Shown here piece after piece: positions 8,290 to 17,757 of a stretch of 39,647 nucleotides of DNA; within the stretch, counting starts at the first letter, position 1, and every line of letters starts with the position of its first letter. The notes beneath the pieces were generated by a model. That model did not search any database and was not told the origin of the DNA. It worked only from the letters and a program-made list of their open reading frames with translations. The position numbers were made by a program, and so were the translations under genes. Origin of the DNA: Spirochaetota bacterium. Lineage in GTDB: Bacteria > Spirochaetota > UBA4802 > UBA5550. The stretch spans positions 1 to 39,647 of the forward strand of contig JBNKTL010000031.1 in the NCBI GenBank assembly GCA_050298055.1, written 5' to 3'.

Positions 8290-9708
8290 ATGTCAAAAAC
8301 GCCAAAAAATCTGGATATCAGTCCCATATTCCAGCCAGTCAGGATCAATAAGCTTGAAATAAAAAATAGAATCGCAATGTCCCCGATGAATTGTAATTAC
8401 ACGGATCCGGAGCATTATATCAGCCGTCAGCAGATGGCCTACTATGCAGCAAGGGCAAAGGGGGGAACTGGTCTGATCATCACCGAGGCCCAGGCGGTTT
8501 CAGAACACCCTGTTGCGGACACATACCGCAAATACAACAACCCCTACCTTACTAACTATAAATATGTCCCCACACAGTCTAATTTTGTGGAACATGTCCA
8601 CAGCTTCGGGGCAAAAGTTTTCGCACAACTATTTACCGGGCCTGGCAGGCAGGGCAGCAATGATCTCGGCGCCGCAGATGTTGTTGCCGCTTCCGCCATA
8701 CCCTGGGAGTCCCAGATTAATAAAATCATCAATGGTGTAACAGATGACGTTATAAAAGCTGCCTCCCGCACAGCAGGATATCATGGTGAAATACCACCCT
8801 TATCTGAATTCAATAGATTTATGGAATTCGCAAAAAAAATTCCAAGTCTTCATTTGGTGGGGCAAAAGCCAAGAGAAATTACAAAAGAAGAAATTAAAAT
8901 ACTGGTGAAAGACATGGGGAAGGGGGCTAAAATCGCCAAAATGTGCGGCTACGACGGGGTCGAAGTACATGCCTGCCATGGCTACCTGGTACATACCTTT
9001 TTGTCAGATCGATCGAACACCCGGAAAGACGAATATGGCGGTAGCTTTGAAAACAAGATTCGCTTTATGCTGGAGTTGATTCGTTCCGCAAGACGTGCGG
9101 TGGGTCCGGATTACCCGGTGGGTGTCCGTTTCAGTGCCTCTGAAGATCTGCCTGGGGGATATGATGCTGAAACAGCGGCAAAAATAGCGAAACGATGTGA
9201 AGAAGAGGGTGCGGACTTCATTAATCTTTCCCATGGATCTTATGAAGCCATGAGTGATTTTTTACCAAACGGAGAAGGTGAAGTGATCGACAAAGCTGCA
9301 ATCATAAAATCCGCGGTAAAAATCCCTGTTATGTGTCCTTCGGTTCACGAACCGGAAAATGTCGTGGATGTGCTCAAAAACGGGAAGGCCGATATCGTGC
9401 AGCAGGGCAGACAGCAGATTTGTGATCCGGACTGGGTTAATAAAGTCATGAACCGTCAGTTTGATGATATCATTAAATGCACACGCTGCAACCGGGGATG
9501 TATTCTGCGATTTGTGGGCATGCTGCCCGTTCGCTGCATCCGAAACCCCCGGACCGGCCAGGAAGAGTTTATCGATGAATATATGAAACGGCCGGTTCTT
9601 CCTATCAGGCAGAAAGTCTGGCATGAAATTCAGGAACTGACGGAAAAAAATCCTTCTGAAGTCTGGGAATATACGGAAGAAGAATTAAAAGAAGCCGTCG
9701 AATCCTGA
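8290..9708 (+). CDS. NADH:flavin oxidoreductase (OYE-like TIM barrel with [4Fe-4S] motif), paralog 1
   Basis: KNRIAMSPM, RAKGGTGLIITE, EVHACHGYL, RKDEYGGSFENKIRF, CTRCNRGC-x11-C; AGGAGG RBS. Confidence 0.92.
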   Translation: MSKTPKNLDISPIFQPVRINKLEIKNRIAMSPMNCNYTDPEHYISRQQMAYYAARAKGGTGLIITEAQAVSEHPVADTYRKYNNPYLTNYKYVPTQSNFVEHVHSFGAKVFAQLFTGPGRQGSNDLGAADVVAASAIPWESQINKIINGVTDDVIKAASRTAGYHGEIPPLSEFNRFMEFAKKIPSLHLVGQKPREITKEEIKILVKDMGKGAKIAKMCGYDGVEVHACHGYLVHTFLSDRSNTRKDEYGGSFENKIRFMLELIRSARRAVGPDYPVGVRFSASEDLPGGYDAETAAKIAKRCEEEGADFINLSHGSYEAMSDFLPNGEGEVIDKAAIIKSAVKIPVMCPSVHEPENVVDVLKNGKADIVQQGRQQICDPDWVNKVMNRQFDDIIKCTRCNRGCILRFVGMLPVRCIRNPRTGQEEFIDEYMKRPVLPIRQKVWHEIQELTEKNPSEVWEYTEEELKEAVES

Positions 9709-9753
9709 TTCGGACCTGGCCCGTGATTTTTCAGAAATAATAAACACAAAGCG

Positions 9754-9887
9754 GGATCCCGGCGGAACAGTTAAGGTCATGATAGGGGGAAGCGTTACCG
9801 ACGAGACCCTCAGGGAAGAAATAGGGGCCGATTTTTACGGTGCTGACGCCACCGCGGCAGTGGATCGCACGGGAGGTGTATGTTTGA
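9754..9887 (+). pseudogene. 3' remnant of corrinoid protein gene
   Basis: Nearly identical to 26146..26281 (DPGGTVKVMIGGSVTDETLREEIGADFYGADATAAVD). Has a 2-bp deletion (GTGGATCGCAC vs GTGGACATCGCAC) and no 5' part. Confidence 0.9.
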
Positions 9888-11007
9888 TATGAATGCGAAA
9901 GAAAGAATTGATGCTGTAATTGCTCTGGAACAGCCGGACCGGGTCCCGGTGGCGCCGATGCTTGACCATTTCGCTGCTACCTATACCGATTATACGAACG
10001 CGGAAATCATGAGTGACGGCGAGAAGAGAATTGAAGCGGTCCTTAAAACGGCAAAGGAGTTGGGACCATGGGACATGACTTTTCTTGCGGATCCGGCGAA
10101 TGCCAGGTTGTTGAAATTAGGTGTTCCTTTGAAATTGAAACAGCCCGGTATTGAACTGCCGGATAACGAAATACACCAGTTTGATGAAAAAGAGTTATTG
10201 ACGCCTGATGATTACGACCTCCTTGAACAGGTCGGGGCAATTGGATTCATACAGAATATTTTTGTCCGTAATTACCCCGAGATGAATGGACCGGATGGGA
10301 TACAGGAGATATTGCACAGCAGGGAGGAGTATAAGAAACATTCTTCGCTGGTGATGCAGGAAGGTATTGAAGTTGCTGCCGGTTTTATGCACCCGGGGAT
10401 GCTGTATGATTATTTTTCCTTCGGGAGAGGCATTACGGCTATGAGCGCGGATACCTTTAAACTGGGGGATAAAATAATTTCCGCCAGTAAAGTATGGGCG
10501 GAAGGGACGGCTCAAATAGCCATAGATGCCGCACTGGACGCAAACGTTCCGAGAGTTTTTATCGGTATGGCCCGGTCGTCGCCGGAGTTTATCTCACAGA
10601 AGAATTTCGAAAGATTGGTTCTTCCGGAACTGAGTTATTATGTAAAATCCTTTACTGATGCCGGTATAACCCCGTTGTTCCATTGTGACACCAACTGGAC
10701 GAAATTTCTTGAAATATTCAAGAGTTTTCCGGCAGGCAAGTGCATTATGATGCTGGATAGTAAAACCGACATCTTTAAAGCGAAGGAAATACTGAAAGGA
10801 CATATGTGCATCATGGGGGATGTGCCTGCGGAACTGTTGGCCAAGGGATCGCGGGATGACGTCTTATCTTATTGCAAGAGGCTTATTGATATTGTCGGCA
10901 AGGATGGCGGTTTCATCCTTTCATCCGGCTGTTCGATTCCGGCAAATGCGAAGATAGAGAACGTACGGGCGTTAATGGAGTCGGCTGAAGAATGGGGCCG
11001 GTATTAG
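9880..11007 (+). CDS. UroD/MtaA-CmuA family corrinoid methyltransferase (MT1-like), paralog 1
   Basis: QPDRVPVAP, LFHCDTNW, TDIFKAKEILKGHMCIMGDVP, GFILSSGCSIP. Coupled to the corrinoid remnant and an AcsE-like gene. Confidence 0.88.
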   Translation: MFDMNAKERIDAVIALEQPDRVPVAPMLDHFAATYTDYTNAEIMSDGEKRIEAVLKTAKELGPWDMTFLADPANARLLKLGVPLKLKQPGIELPDNEIHQFDEKELLTPDDYDLLEQVGAIGFIQNIFVRNYPEMNGPDGIQEILHSREEYKKHSSLVMQEGIEVAAGFMHPGMLYDYFSFGRGITAMSADTFKLGDKIISASKVWAEGTAQIAIDAALDANVPRVFIGMARSSPEFISQKNFERLVLPELSYYVKSFTDAGITPLFHCDTNWTKFLEIFKSFPAGKCIMMLDSKTDIFKAKEILKGHMCIMGDVPAELLAKGSRDDVLSYCKRLIDIVGKDGGFILSSGCSIPANAKIENVRALMESAEEWGRY

Positions 11008-11044
11008 GATAACTCAATAATTCTGATCAAAGAGGATACTATCT

Positions 11045-11845
11045 ATGATAATTGTCGGAGAAAGAATAAATTCATCCCGTCAGGAAATAAAAACGGCTGT
11101 TGAAAATCGTGATGAAGATTATATACGGATGGATGCAAGCAGACAATATCAGGCTGGTGCTGATTATATTGATATAAACGCCGGCACCGGGTCTGGAAAA
11201 GAAATTGAGGACCTGGAATGGCTGATTAACATAATACAGGATGAAGTCGATTGTCCCCTTTGTATCGACAGCTCGGACAGTTCAGTCCTGGAGAAAGCCT
11301 TTACAATGGTAAATAAGCCTCCTTTGGTTAACTCAATCAGCCTTGAAGCAAAACGCCTCGGTCCGATGCTTGAATTTTTCAAAGGAAAGGAGTGCAAGGT
11401 TGTCGCCCTTTGCGTGAGCGATGACGGCCTTCCGAAAAGTGAGGAGGAAATATTGGGGAGGACGGTAACATTCGTTCATCGTCTGGAAGATATCGGCATG
11501 AAACAGAGCGACATATATATCGATCCGGTAATACAGCCGATATGTACTGATGTTACGAAAGGAACGATGATTATTAATTCAATAATGAAGATTAAGGATA
11601 TGTTTCCGGATATACATACTATATGCGGCCTTTCCAATGTATCTTACGGTCTTCCCGAACGGAAAGCCATTAATCGTACATTCCTGACGATGATGATGTC
11701 TGCGGGGCTCGATAGTGTTATACTGGATCCATTGGATGAAATGATTATGTCGGCTTATCGAACGACAAAAATGCTATTGGGGGATGATCCATACTGCAGG
11801 GGGTTCATTAAGACTGTGAGGGAAGGAAATAATAAAGCCGGCTGA
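11045..11845 (+). CDS. Methyltetrahydrofolate:corrinoid methyltransferase (AcsE/MetH pterin-binding domain, MT2-like)
   Basis: MIIVGERIN, GADYIDINAG, PLCIDSSD, VNSIS, YIDP, GLSNVSYGLP. Confidence 0.9.
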   Translation: MIIVGERINSSRQEIKTAVENRDEDYIRMDASRQYQAGADYIDINAGTGSGKEIEDLEWLINIIQDEVDCPLCIDSSDSSVLEKAFTMVNKPPLVNSISLEAKRLGPMLEFFKGKECKVVALCVSDDGLPKSEEEILGRTVTFVHRLEDIGMKQSDIYIDPVIQPICTDVTKGTMIINSIMKIKDMFPDIHTICGLSNVSYGLPERKAINRTFLTMMMSAGLDSVILDPLDEMIMSAYRTTKMLLGDDPYCRGFIKTVREGNNKAG

Positions 11846-11875
11846 TTACTGGAATTGGGAGATTCATGTAAGATT

Positions 11876-14029
11876 ATGAAAAGTGAGAAACGTATAATCA
11901 GAAGTGCTTGCCGGATGTGCCATGGTGTCTGTCAGGTTTTGGTACACCTGGAAGGCGACAGGGTGGTGAAGATCACGGGTGATCCGCAGAGCCCAACCAG
12001 CCGGGGATACTTGTGCCATAAGGGAGCTGCCGCACCGGAACTCATCTATCATCCCGATAGAATTCTTCGTCCCTTAAAGCGTGCAGGAAAGCGCGGAGAA
12101 AACCGATGGATTCCCGTTTCATGGGATGATGCCCTTGAAGAAATGGCTGACAGGCTGCGTACTATCAAAGAGGAGAGCGGGTCTGAATATGTGGGAATGA
12201 TCCAGGGGACAGGGCGGCCCTATGAGAATATCTATAACCGGTTCGCAAACGCCTTCGGGACCCCTAACTTTACCGCTCCGGCTCATATCTGTTATCTCCC
12301 TCGAATCGTGGTAAACCTGGTCACAATGGGCTTTCCACTCATGCCTGTCTGTGATGTATATGAACATGAAGGCTCCCGCGATCCGGCGTGCGTGGTTATC
12401 TGGGGTTGTAACCTGACGGGTCCGCTGGGGCATGACTCATCCGACGGTATGTGCGGGGGCATGCTTTCCCGGGCTATTAAAAAGGCTCACCGGGTGATTG
12501 TAATAGACCCGAGAAGGATCAGCCCCGCTGAAAAAGCCGATCATTGGCTCCAGGTGCGGCCTGGTACCGATGGCGCGTTGGCCCTCGCTATGATCAATGT
12601 CATTATTTCAGAGGACCTTTTTGATCATGAATTTGTAGACTCGTACACTATCGGCTTTGACAGGCTCGTTGAGCATGTCAAAGAATTCACCCCGGAATGG
12701 GCCGAGTCCATAACCAGGATCCCGGCAGGTGAGATTCGTTCTGCGGCACATACCTACGCAACAACAAAGCCTGCCTGCATTCAGTGGGGAAACGCCCTGG
12801 ACCAGAGCGCCTGCAATTTCCAGACTTCCAGGTCCATCATGATCCTCAGGGCAATCACAGGTAATTTAGATGTACCAGGAGGTGATTTTTTCCCCACCTG
12901 GCCTGAAGGTATCCATCATAAAACGCCTTTTCTTGATCTGGGATTTGCGGGGATGCAGTACTGTCCCCCTGAAAAAAGAAAACAAAAGGTAGACGGTTCT
13001 GTGTATCCATTGATGATGACTGCCCAGCAGCCTGCGTTTTGGCGGTCGATTGCCACAGGGGAACCTTATGGAATGCGGGCGGTATGGATAATCGGATCAA
13101 ACCCCCTGGTTACGGCAACCCATTCACTGGAAGTCGAAGCAGCTCTCAGGGAGTTGGAGTATATTGTCGTATCGGATTTTTTTCTCACTCCCACAGCACA
13201 GTTCGCAGACCTCGTCCTTCCTGCTGCCACCTGGTTGGAATACGACGAAGTCCATACTTCGGGAGGCCATACCTACAGTATGATAGCAAGGAAAAAAGCT
13301 GTCCAGATCGGAGACACGAGAAGCGACCAGGAAGTCATTATCGACCTGGCCCACCGGCTCGGACTGCATGAAGCGTTTCCCTGGAGAGATCTCGGGGATT
13401 TGAACGAATGGTCGATAAAAGGCACCGGGATGAGCTTCGATGAATTTCTCGAGAAGGGGATCATCGTCCCTGAGCAGAATTATCGAAAATATCAGAATGA
13501 TGGATTTTTCAAAACGCCTTCCGGAAAATTCGAAATTTACTCGGAGAACCTGGAGAATATTGGAATCGCACCGCTCCCCGTCTACCGGGAACCCTTTCAT
13601 ACACCGGTATCAAGCCCTGATATTCTGAAAGAATACCCGCTGATCCTGACAACAGGGGCAAAAATGAAGGATTATTTTCACAGCGAAGGAAGACAGATCC
13701 CCTCCCTGCGAAAGAGGAATCCCGATCCGCTGGTAGAGATCCATCCGGACACGGCTGCAAGTCTGGGAATCGGCAATAATGACTGGGTATGGATTGAAAC
13801 CCCGGTGGGGCGCGTGAGGATGCGTGCGCAGTTCTTTGATGGGATCGCTACGGACGTTGTAAGCGCTCAGCATGCCTGGTGGTTCCCGGAAGAATCACCA
13901 CCTGAATATGGATGGAAAAAATCCAGTGTTAATCTGCTCTTCGGTGATATGGATTATGATCCTGATACCGGCTCCGAGTCGTTAAGGAGCGCGTTATGCA
14001 GGGTATACCCGGTCAATGGGGAAAGATAA
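11876..14029 (+). CDS. Mo/W-bis-PGD oxidoreductase, acetylene hydratase-like subfamily
   Basis: CRMCHGVC...LCHKG [4Fe-4S] motif, NFTAPAHIC (putative Cys metal ligand), RPGTDGALALA, TPTAQFADLVLP, TPSGKFE, C-terminal MopB domain. No Tat leader. Confidence 0.88.
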   Translation: MKSEKRIIRSACRMCHGVCQVLVHLEGDRVVKITGDPQSPTSRGYLCHKGAAAPELIYHPDRILRPLKRAGKRGENRWIPVSWDDALEEMADRLRTIKEESGSEYVGMIQGTGRPYENIYNRFANAFGTPNFTAPAHICYLPRIVVNLVTMGFPLMPVCDVYEHEGSRDPACVVIWGCNLTGPLGHDSSDGMCGGMLSRAIKKAHRVIVIDPRRISPAEKADHWLQVRPGTDGALALAMINVIISEDLFDHEFVDSYTIGFDRLVEHVKEFTPEWAESITRIPAGEIRSAAHTYATTKPACIQWGNALDQSACNFQTSRSIMILRAITGNLDVPGGDFFPTWPEGIHHKTPFLDLGFAGMQYCPPEKRKQKVDGSVYPLMMTAQQPAFWRSIATGEPYGMRAVWIIGSNPLVTATHSLEVEAALRELEYIVVSDFFLTPTAQFADLVLPAATWLEYDEVHTSGGHTYSMIARKKAVQIGDTRSDQEVIIDLAHRLGLHEAFPWRDLGDLNEWSIKGTGMSFDEFLEKGIIVPEQNYRKYQNDGFFKTPSGKFEIYSENLENIGIAPLPVYREPFHTPVSSPDILKEYPLILTTGAKMKDYFHSEGRQIPSLRKRNPDPLVEIHPDTAASLGIGNNDWVWIETPVGRVRMRAQFFDGIATDVVSAQHAWWFPEESPPEYGWKKSSVNLLFGDMDYDPDTGSESLRSALCRVYPVNGER

Positions 14030-14131
14030 AAATCGTATAAACCCACTGGTGATACCGATGGTAACTATTGTTGTCATTTTTGGCATTTCGAATGATCACA
14101 ATACAAGTTTTTTTACTGAATACTGTTAATC

Positions 14132-14860
14132 ATGAAAGAAATTATAAAAGTAGATCCAAGAAGTATTAAAATCAATCTCCTGTCGGATTATGTGTTAAGA
14201 AAACAAGATGAAGGAGCAAGTTTACCTCCAAAGATCAGTCAATCATTTGAAGAAGCGTATGGTCTTTTTTATCAATTAGCCGAACCTGCCAGTTTGGTCG
14301 AGAATATATCATATTTAAGATTCAAATGGATCTATTCAGGGGAAGGGGAAAATGAATCCCGAACACCATTGGATGATTTAATGGCTTATGATGCCTCATA
14401 TTATGTCTTTGCCATGACCCTGGGAGACCGGGTTTCTCAGAGTATTTCGGATATGTTTAAGGAGGGAAAATATTTGCTTGGGCAATTGCTGGATGAAGTT
14501 TGTTCTGCCGGAATAGAAGAGTTCGCTGATTTTATCACAAATAAATATTTACAACGGGAAATCGACCTGGGAAAGCTCAGGGAAAATGATGTCATGCTTC
14601 GATATAGTCCCGGTTATTGCGGGTGGCATATTAGCGGCCAGAAAATATTACATAAGTATTTACACAGCAGCGATATAGGGATCAGGCTTACGAATAACTG
14701 TTATATGGAACCTATTAAGTCAATATCGGGTATAATGATCGGTGGACGGCCCAGAATGCATGATTTTAAAAACAATTATTCCTTTTGCGGCAGCTGCAGT
14801 ACAAAGACGTGCAGAAAGCGTCTGGCAAAGATTTTTTTGAAGAGAAATGCGTCTGGATAA
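14132..14860 (+). CDS. Stand-alone B12-dependent methionine synthase activation (SAM-binding reactivation) domain protein
   Basis: FAMTLG, RYSPGYCGW, IGIRLTNNCYMEPIKSISG, C-terminal CGSCSTKTC. Confidence 0.85.
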   Translation: MKEIIKVDPRSIKINLLSDYVLRKQDEGASLPPKISQSFEEAYGLFYQLAEPASLVENISYLRFKWIYSGEGENESRTPLDDLMAYDASYYVFAMTLGDRVSQSISDMFKEGKYLLGQLLDEVCSAGIEEFADFITNKYLQREIDLGKLRENDVMLRYSPGYCGWHISGQKILHKYLHSSDIGIRLTNNCYMEPIKSISGIMIGGRPRMHDFKNNYSFCGSCSTKTCRKRLAKIFLKRNASG

Positions 14861-14950
14861 TAAACTGAATGATGAGGGAAGGGGACCTCTCGTTATATTC
14901 GAAGGGGAGATATTAATAAAATTTCAAAAATAATTGGGGGGAAGGCTGCA

Positions 14951-15670
14951 ATGAGAAATAAAGACCTTAAAAAAACTATCATCATTCTATTTGTTGTGTT
15001 TTTCAGTTCAATACATGCTTCAGGAATAGAGACATACAACTGGAAGCTTGAGAGCAAAAAAAATGGATGTGTGATCTACACGAGCAGGGTTAAGGGACAG
15101 CCATTCAAGGCTGCCAAATGCGTATCGGTTATTAATGCCCCAATTGAAGTAATTGGAGTTGTACTGAGGGATTTTCCCTCTTACCCGCAGTGGATGGAGG
15201 ATTGTAAAGCAACAAAAATATTAAAGGTCATTAAAGAAACTGACATCAATGATGCTTTAATCGTGTATGTCCACCAGGGAGTGCCTGTAATTTCGGACAG
15301 GGATGTTGTTCTGGAATCAAACGCCAGTTACAATTATAACCGGGGATATTTCAAAATTGAATTCAGGTCCACAAACCAGGTGAAATACGGGCCTATTAAT
15401 GGTAATGTGAGAATGAAGAGGATGGTCGGTATGTGGCGGCTTGACTATATCAATCGGAATAAAACGAGATGCACCTACGTGGTCAATGCTCACCTTGGAG
15501 GCATGGTTCCCGGATGGATTGCAAATCCTGCGCTTAAAAAACTTCCTTATAAAACGATGGTTAACTTGAAAAAGATGGCTCAAAAGGAAAAATACAGAGT
15601 TATTGCAAAAAAATCAAAATACTATAGAAAAATGCAGGAAGCCATAAAGAAAGGATATTTAAAAAAATAA
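14951..15670 (+). CDS. START/SRPBCC lipid-binding domain protein with signal peptide
   Basis: Hydrophobic N-terminus, then WKLESKKNG, YPQWMEDC, SDRDVV, GGMVPGWIAN (START signature pattern). Confidence 0.82.
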   Translation: MRNKDLKKTIIILFVVFFSSIHASGIETYNWKLESKKNGCVIYTSRVKGQPFKAAKCVSVINAPIEVIGVVLRDFPSYPQWMEDCKATKILKVIKETDINDALIVYVHQGVPVISDRDVVLESNASYNYNRGYFKIEFRSTNQVKYGPINGNVRMKRMVGMWRLDYINRNKTRCTYVVNAHLGGMVPGWIANPALKKLPYKTMVNLKKMAQKEKYRVIAKKSKYYRKMQEAIKKGYLKK

Positions 15671-15793
15671 AAATTCGTACCCGGTAATATTATTTTTAGC
15701 CCATCATATGATTGATCCCGTATGAACCGGAACATCCCTGGTATAAAGATGTTAGAGCAGATTAGGGATCAATAAACCTTTTCAAAAATTCAC

Positions 15794-15856
15794 TTGACAG
15801 CTTCGAGATCATTGGTTAAAACGACAAAATCGAATGACGTTCGATAATATCGAACG
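15794..15856 (+). promoter_or_regulatory. Sigma70-like promoter with IclR-type operator palindrome
   Basis: TTGACA 15794-15799, N17, TAAAAC. Perfect inverted repeat CGTTCGATA-A-TATCGAACG at 15838-15856, just before the IclR start. Confidence 0.75.
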
Positions 15857-15873
15857 CTGTTACAGGGAATTAA

Positions 15874-16659
15874 ATGACTATTCAATCAGTAAAAAGAGCT
15901 TTGGACATACTCTCGCTGTTTTCACCTTCCCGGCCCAGCCTGGGGCTGGCAGAAGTCAGCCGGCTGGTGGGGCTGCCAAAACCGACAGTTCATGGATTGA
16001 TACAGACCTTATTGGAGGAAGGCTACCTGAGTCAGGATGTACATACCCGGCAATATTCCGTTGGACTGAGAATTGTTGAAATGGGTACTATATTTTCAGG
16101 TAGCCTGAAGATCAATCAGGTTGCCGGCGATCTGGCGAGGCGCATGGCAGTCAGCAGTGGACAACATGTAAGGATTGCCATCTGGGATAACGATACCATG
16201 CTGGTAACATACAATGCTTTTCCATCCATTGACTATCTGACTTTCCAACAGGTGGGGCCCCGGGTTCCGGCCTATTGTACAGCTATTGGCAAAGCGGCAT
16301 TGTCCACCCTGGATGAGGCCGAGTTTGCCGCCTACCTGGAGCGAACGCCTTTGCAAAGATATACGGCATCGACAATAACCGATATGAAGGTGTTGGAGGA
16401 ATGTCTCAGAAAAGCTGTTACGGACGGTTATGCAACTGAAAACCAGGAGTTTCTGCTGGGAATGAGTTGTGTCGCGGTACCCATATATGATGTGAGCCGC
16501 AGGGCAATAGGCGCAATCAGCCTGTCAGGAACCTCGGATATTCTGGAAAGGAACAGGTTAGGGGAACTGGTTCCGATCCTGGCTCAGACCGGGCGGGAAA
16601 TTTCCAGGCGCATGGGTTTCTTCCCGGAATCCGAGGTGATGGGTGGAATCGTGAAGTAA
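15874..16659 (+). CDS. IclR family transcriptional regulator
   Basis: IQSVKRALDILSLF, GLPKPTVHGLIQTL (HTH), PAYCTAIGKA, CVAVPI, AISLSG. Confidence 0.95.
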   Translation: MTIQSVKRALDILSLFSPSRPSLGLAEVSRLVGLPKPTVHGLIQTLLEEGYLSQDVHTRQYSVGLRIVEMGTIFSGSLKINQVAGDLARRMAVSSGQHVRIAIWDNDTMLVTYNAFPSIDYLTFQQVGPRVPAYCTAIGKAALSTLDEAEFAAYLERTPLQRYTASTITDMKVLEECLRKAVTDGYATENQEFLLGMSCVAVPIYDVSRRAIGAISLSGTSDILERNRLGELVPILAQTGREISRRMGFFPESEVMGGIVK

Positions 16660-16713
16660 TGGGTTTTTTCAATTTCCACATGTGTTCATTTTTTAAGTTT
16701 GGAGGAATCATCA

Positions 16714-17757
16714 ATGCAAATTGCTGGACCAAAGGAGCTGACTGAGCAGGTCCTGGACAGGGACCTGTGCACGGTTTGCGGAGCCTGTGCGGGCATGTGC
16801 CCGTACTTCAAGGTACATGCCGGGAAGCTGGCCAGTATTTTCGACTGTAACCTGGAAAAAGGGCGTTGCTACGCGCATTGCCCTAAAACAGAGGTGGATT
16901 TTGAGCAGCTGGCGCAATCTTATTTTCAACAATCATTTAGTGGTGAACCGCTGGGAATTTATCGCCGCATTGCCGCAGCGAAGGCGGGAAACAGGGTTGG
17001 TTCCGGCAATTTTCAGAATGGTGGAACGGTAACGGCGTTGATAACCTTTGCTCTGGAGAAGGGACTGGTGGATGGTGCAATTTTGACCGGCAGTAAGGGT
17101 ATCATATCGGAGCCAAAGCTGGTAACCCGGCTGGAGGATGTCATTAAATGCTCCTCGACCAAATACATGGCCACCCCTTCTGTCGGCTGTCTGAACGAAG
17201 CGGTGTCCGGAGGAAAAAGCAATCTGGGATTTGTGGGTACGGCTTGCCAGTTGACCGGTGTGGCACAGATGAGGGCCAATCCGCTCAAGAAAGACGGATT
17301 TATCGATCCGGTGGGATTGAGCATCGGACTTTTCTGTACCTGGGCTCTGGATACGCGTCGGTTGAAGGCGTTTCTGGCGTCGAAGGTGGATCTGGACAGC
17401 ATTACGGGAATGGACGTACCGCCTCCACCGGCTGAGATTTTTGTTGTCAAAACCGGTGATTCGACGGTCGAGATCCCGCTGGATGAAATCCGGGCTCTGG
17501 TTCCCAGGGGTTGTTCGGTATGCCCGGACATGACGGCGGAATGGGCGGATCTGTCTGTGGGGGCGTTTGAGGGTAAAAAGGATTGGAATACGCTGATCAT
17601 CCGTACGGAGAAAGGCGAGGGGCTGGTTGAAAAAGCCGTTGCGGACGGATACCTGGTCCTGGATGATTTTCCGGAGGCAAGCCTGGAGCATTTAATACTG
17701 GGGGCCGGTAACAAGAAAAAGCGCGCGCAGGAAAATGTCGCGAAGGAGGAGAAATGA
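16714..17757 (+). CDS. Coenzyme F420 hydrogenase/dehydrogenase beta subunit (FrhB) family Fe-S flavoprotein
   Basis: N-terminal CTVCGACAGMCP...CYAHCP, QNGGTVTA, GTACQ, IGLFC, CSVCPD, ADLSVG. GGAGG RBS before ATG 16714. Confidence 0.88.
   Translation: MQIAGPKELTEQVLDRDLCTVCGACAGMCPYFKVHAGKLASIFDCNLEKGRCYAHCPKTEVDFEQLAQSYFQQSFSGEPLGIYRRIAAAKAGNRVGSGNFQNGGTVTALITFALEKGLVDGAILTGSKGIISEPKLVTRLEDVIKCSSTKYMATPSVGCLNEAVSGGKSNLGFVGTACQLTGVAQMRANPLKKDGFIDPVGLSIGLFCTWALDTRRLKAFLASKVDLDSITGMDVPPPPAEIFVVKTGDSTVEIPLDEIRALVPRGCSVCPDMTAEWADLSVGAFEGKKDWNTLIIRTEKGEGLVEKAVADGYLVLDDFPEASLEHLILGAGNKKKRAQENVAKEEK

Noticed and set aside
9880..11007. True uroporphyrinogen decarboxylase (hemE)
   Set aside because: Lacks the RQAGR motif and is coupled to a corrinoid protein gene.
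9880..14860. Methyltransferase set as the EmtAB-type steroid methylation system or a Wood-Ljungdahl cluster
   Set aside because: As I recall, EmtA is MtmB-like, whereas these are UroD/MtaA-fold proteins. No acsB, acsC, acsD or CODH genes are in the window.
15711..15773. Inverted repeat ATTGATCCC/GGGATCAAT after the START gene
   Set aside because: Short arms with a poorly paired interior; function unsupported, at most a weak terminator.
16933..17714. Long antisense ORFs (252 and 233 aa) and other shadow ORFs inside GC-rich genes
   Set aside because: They fully overlap well-supported genes and show no recognisable motifs.
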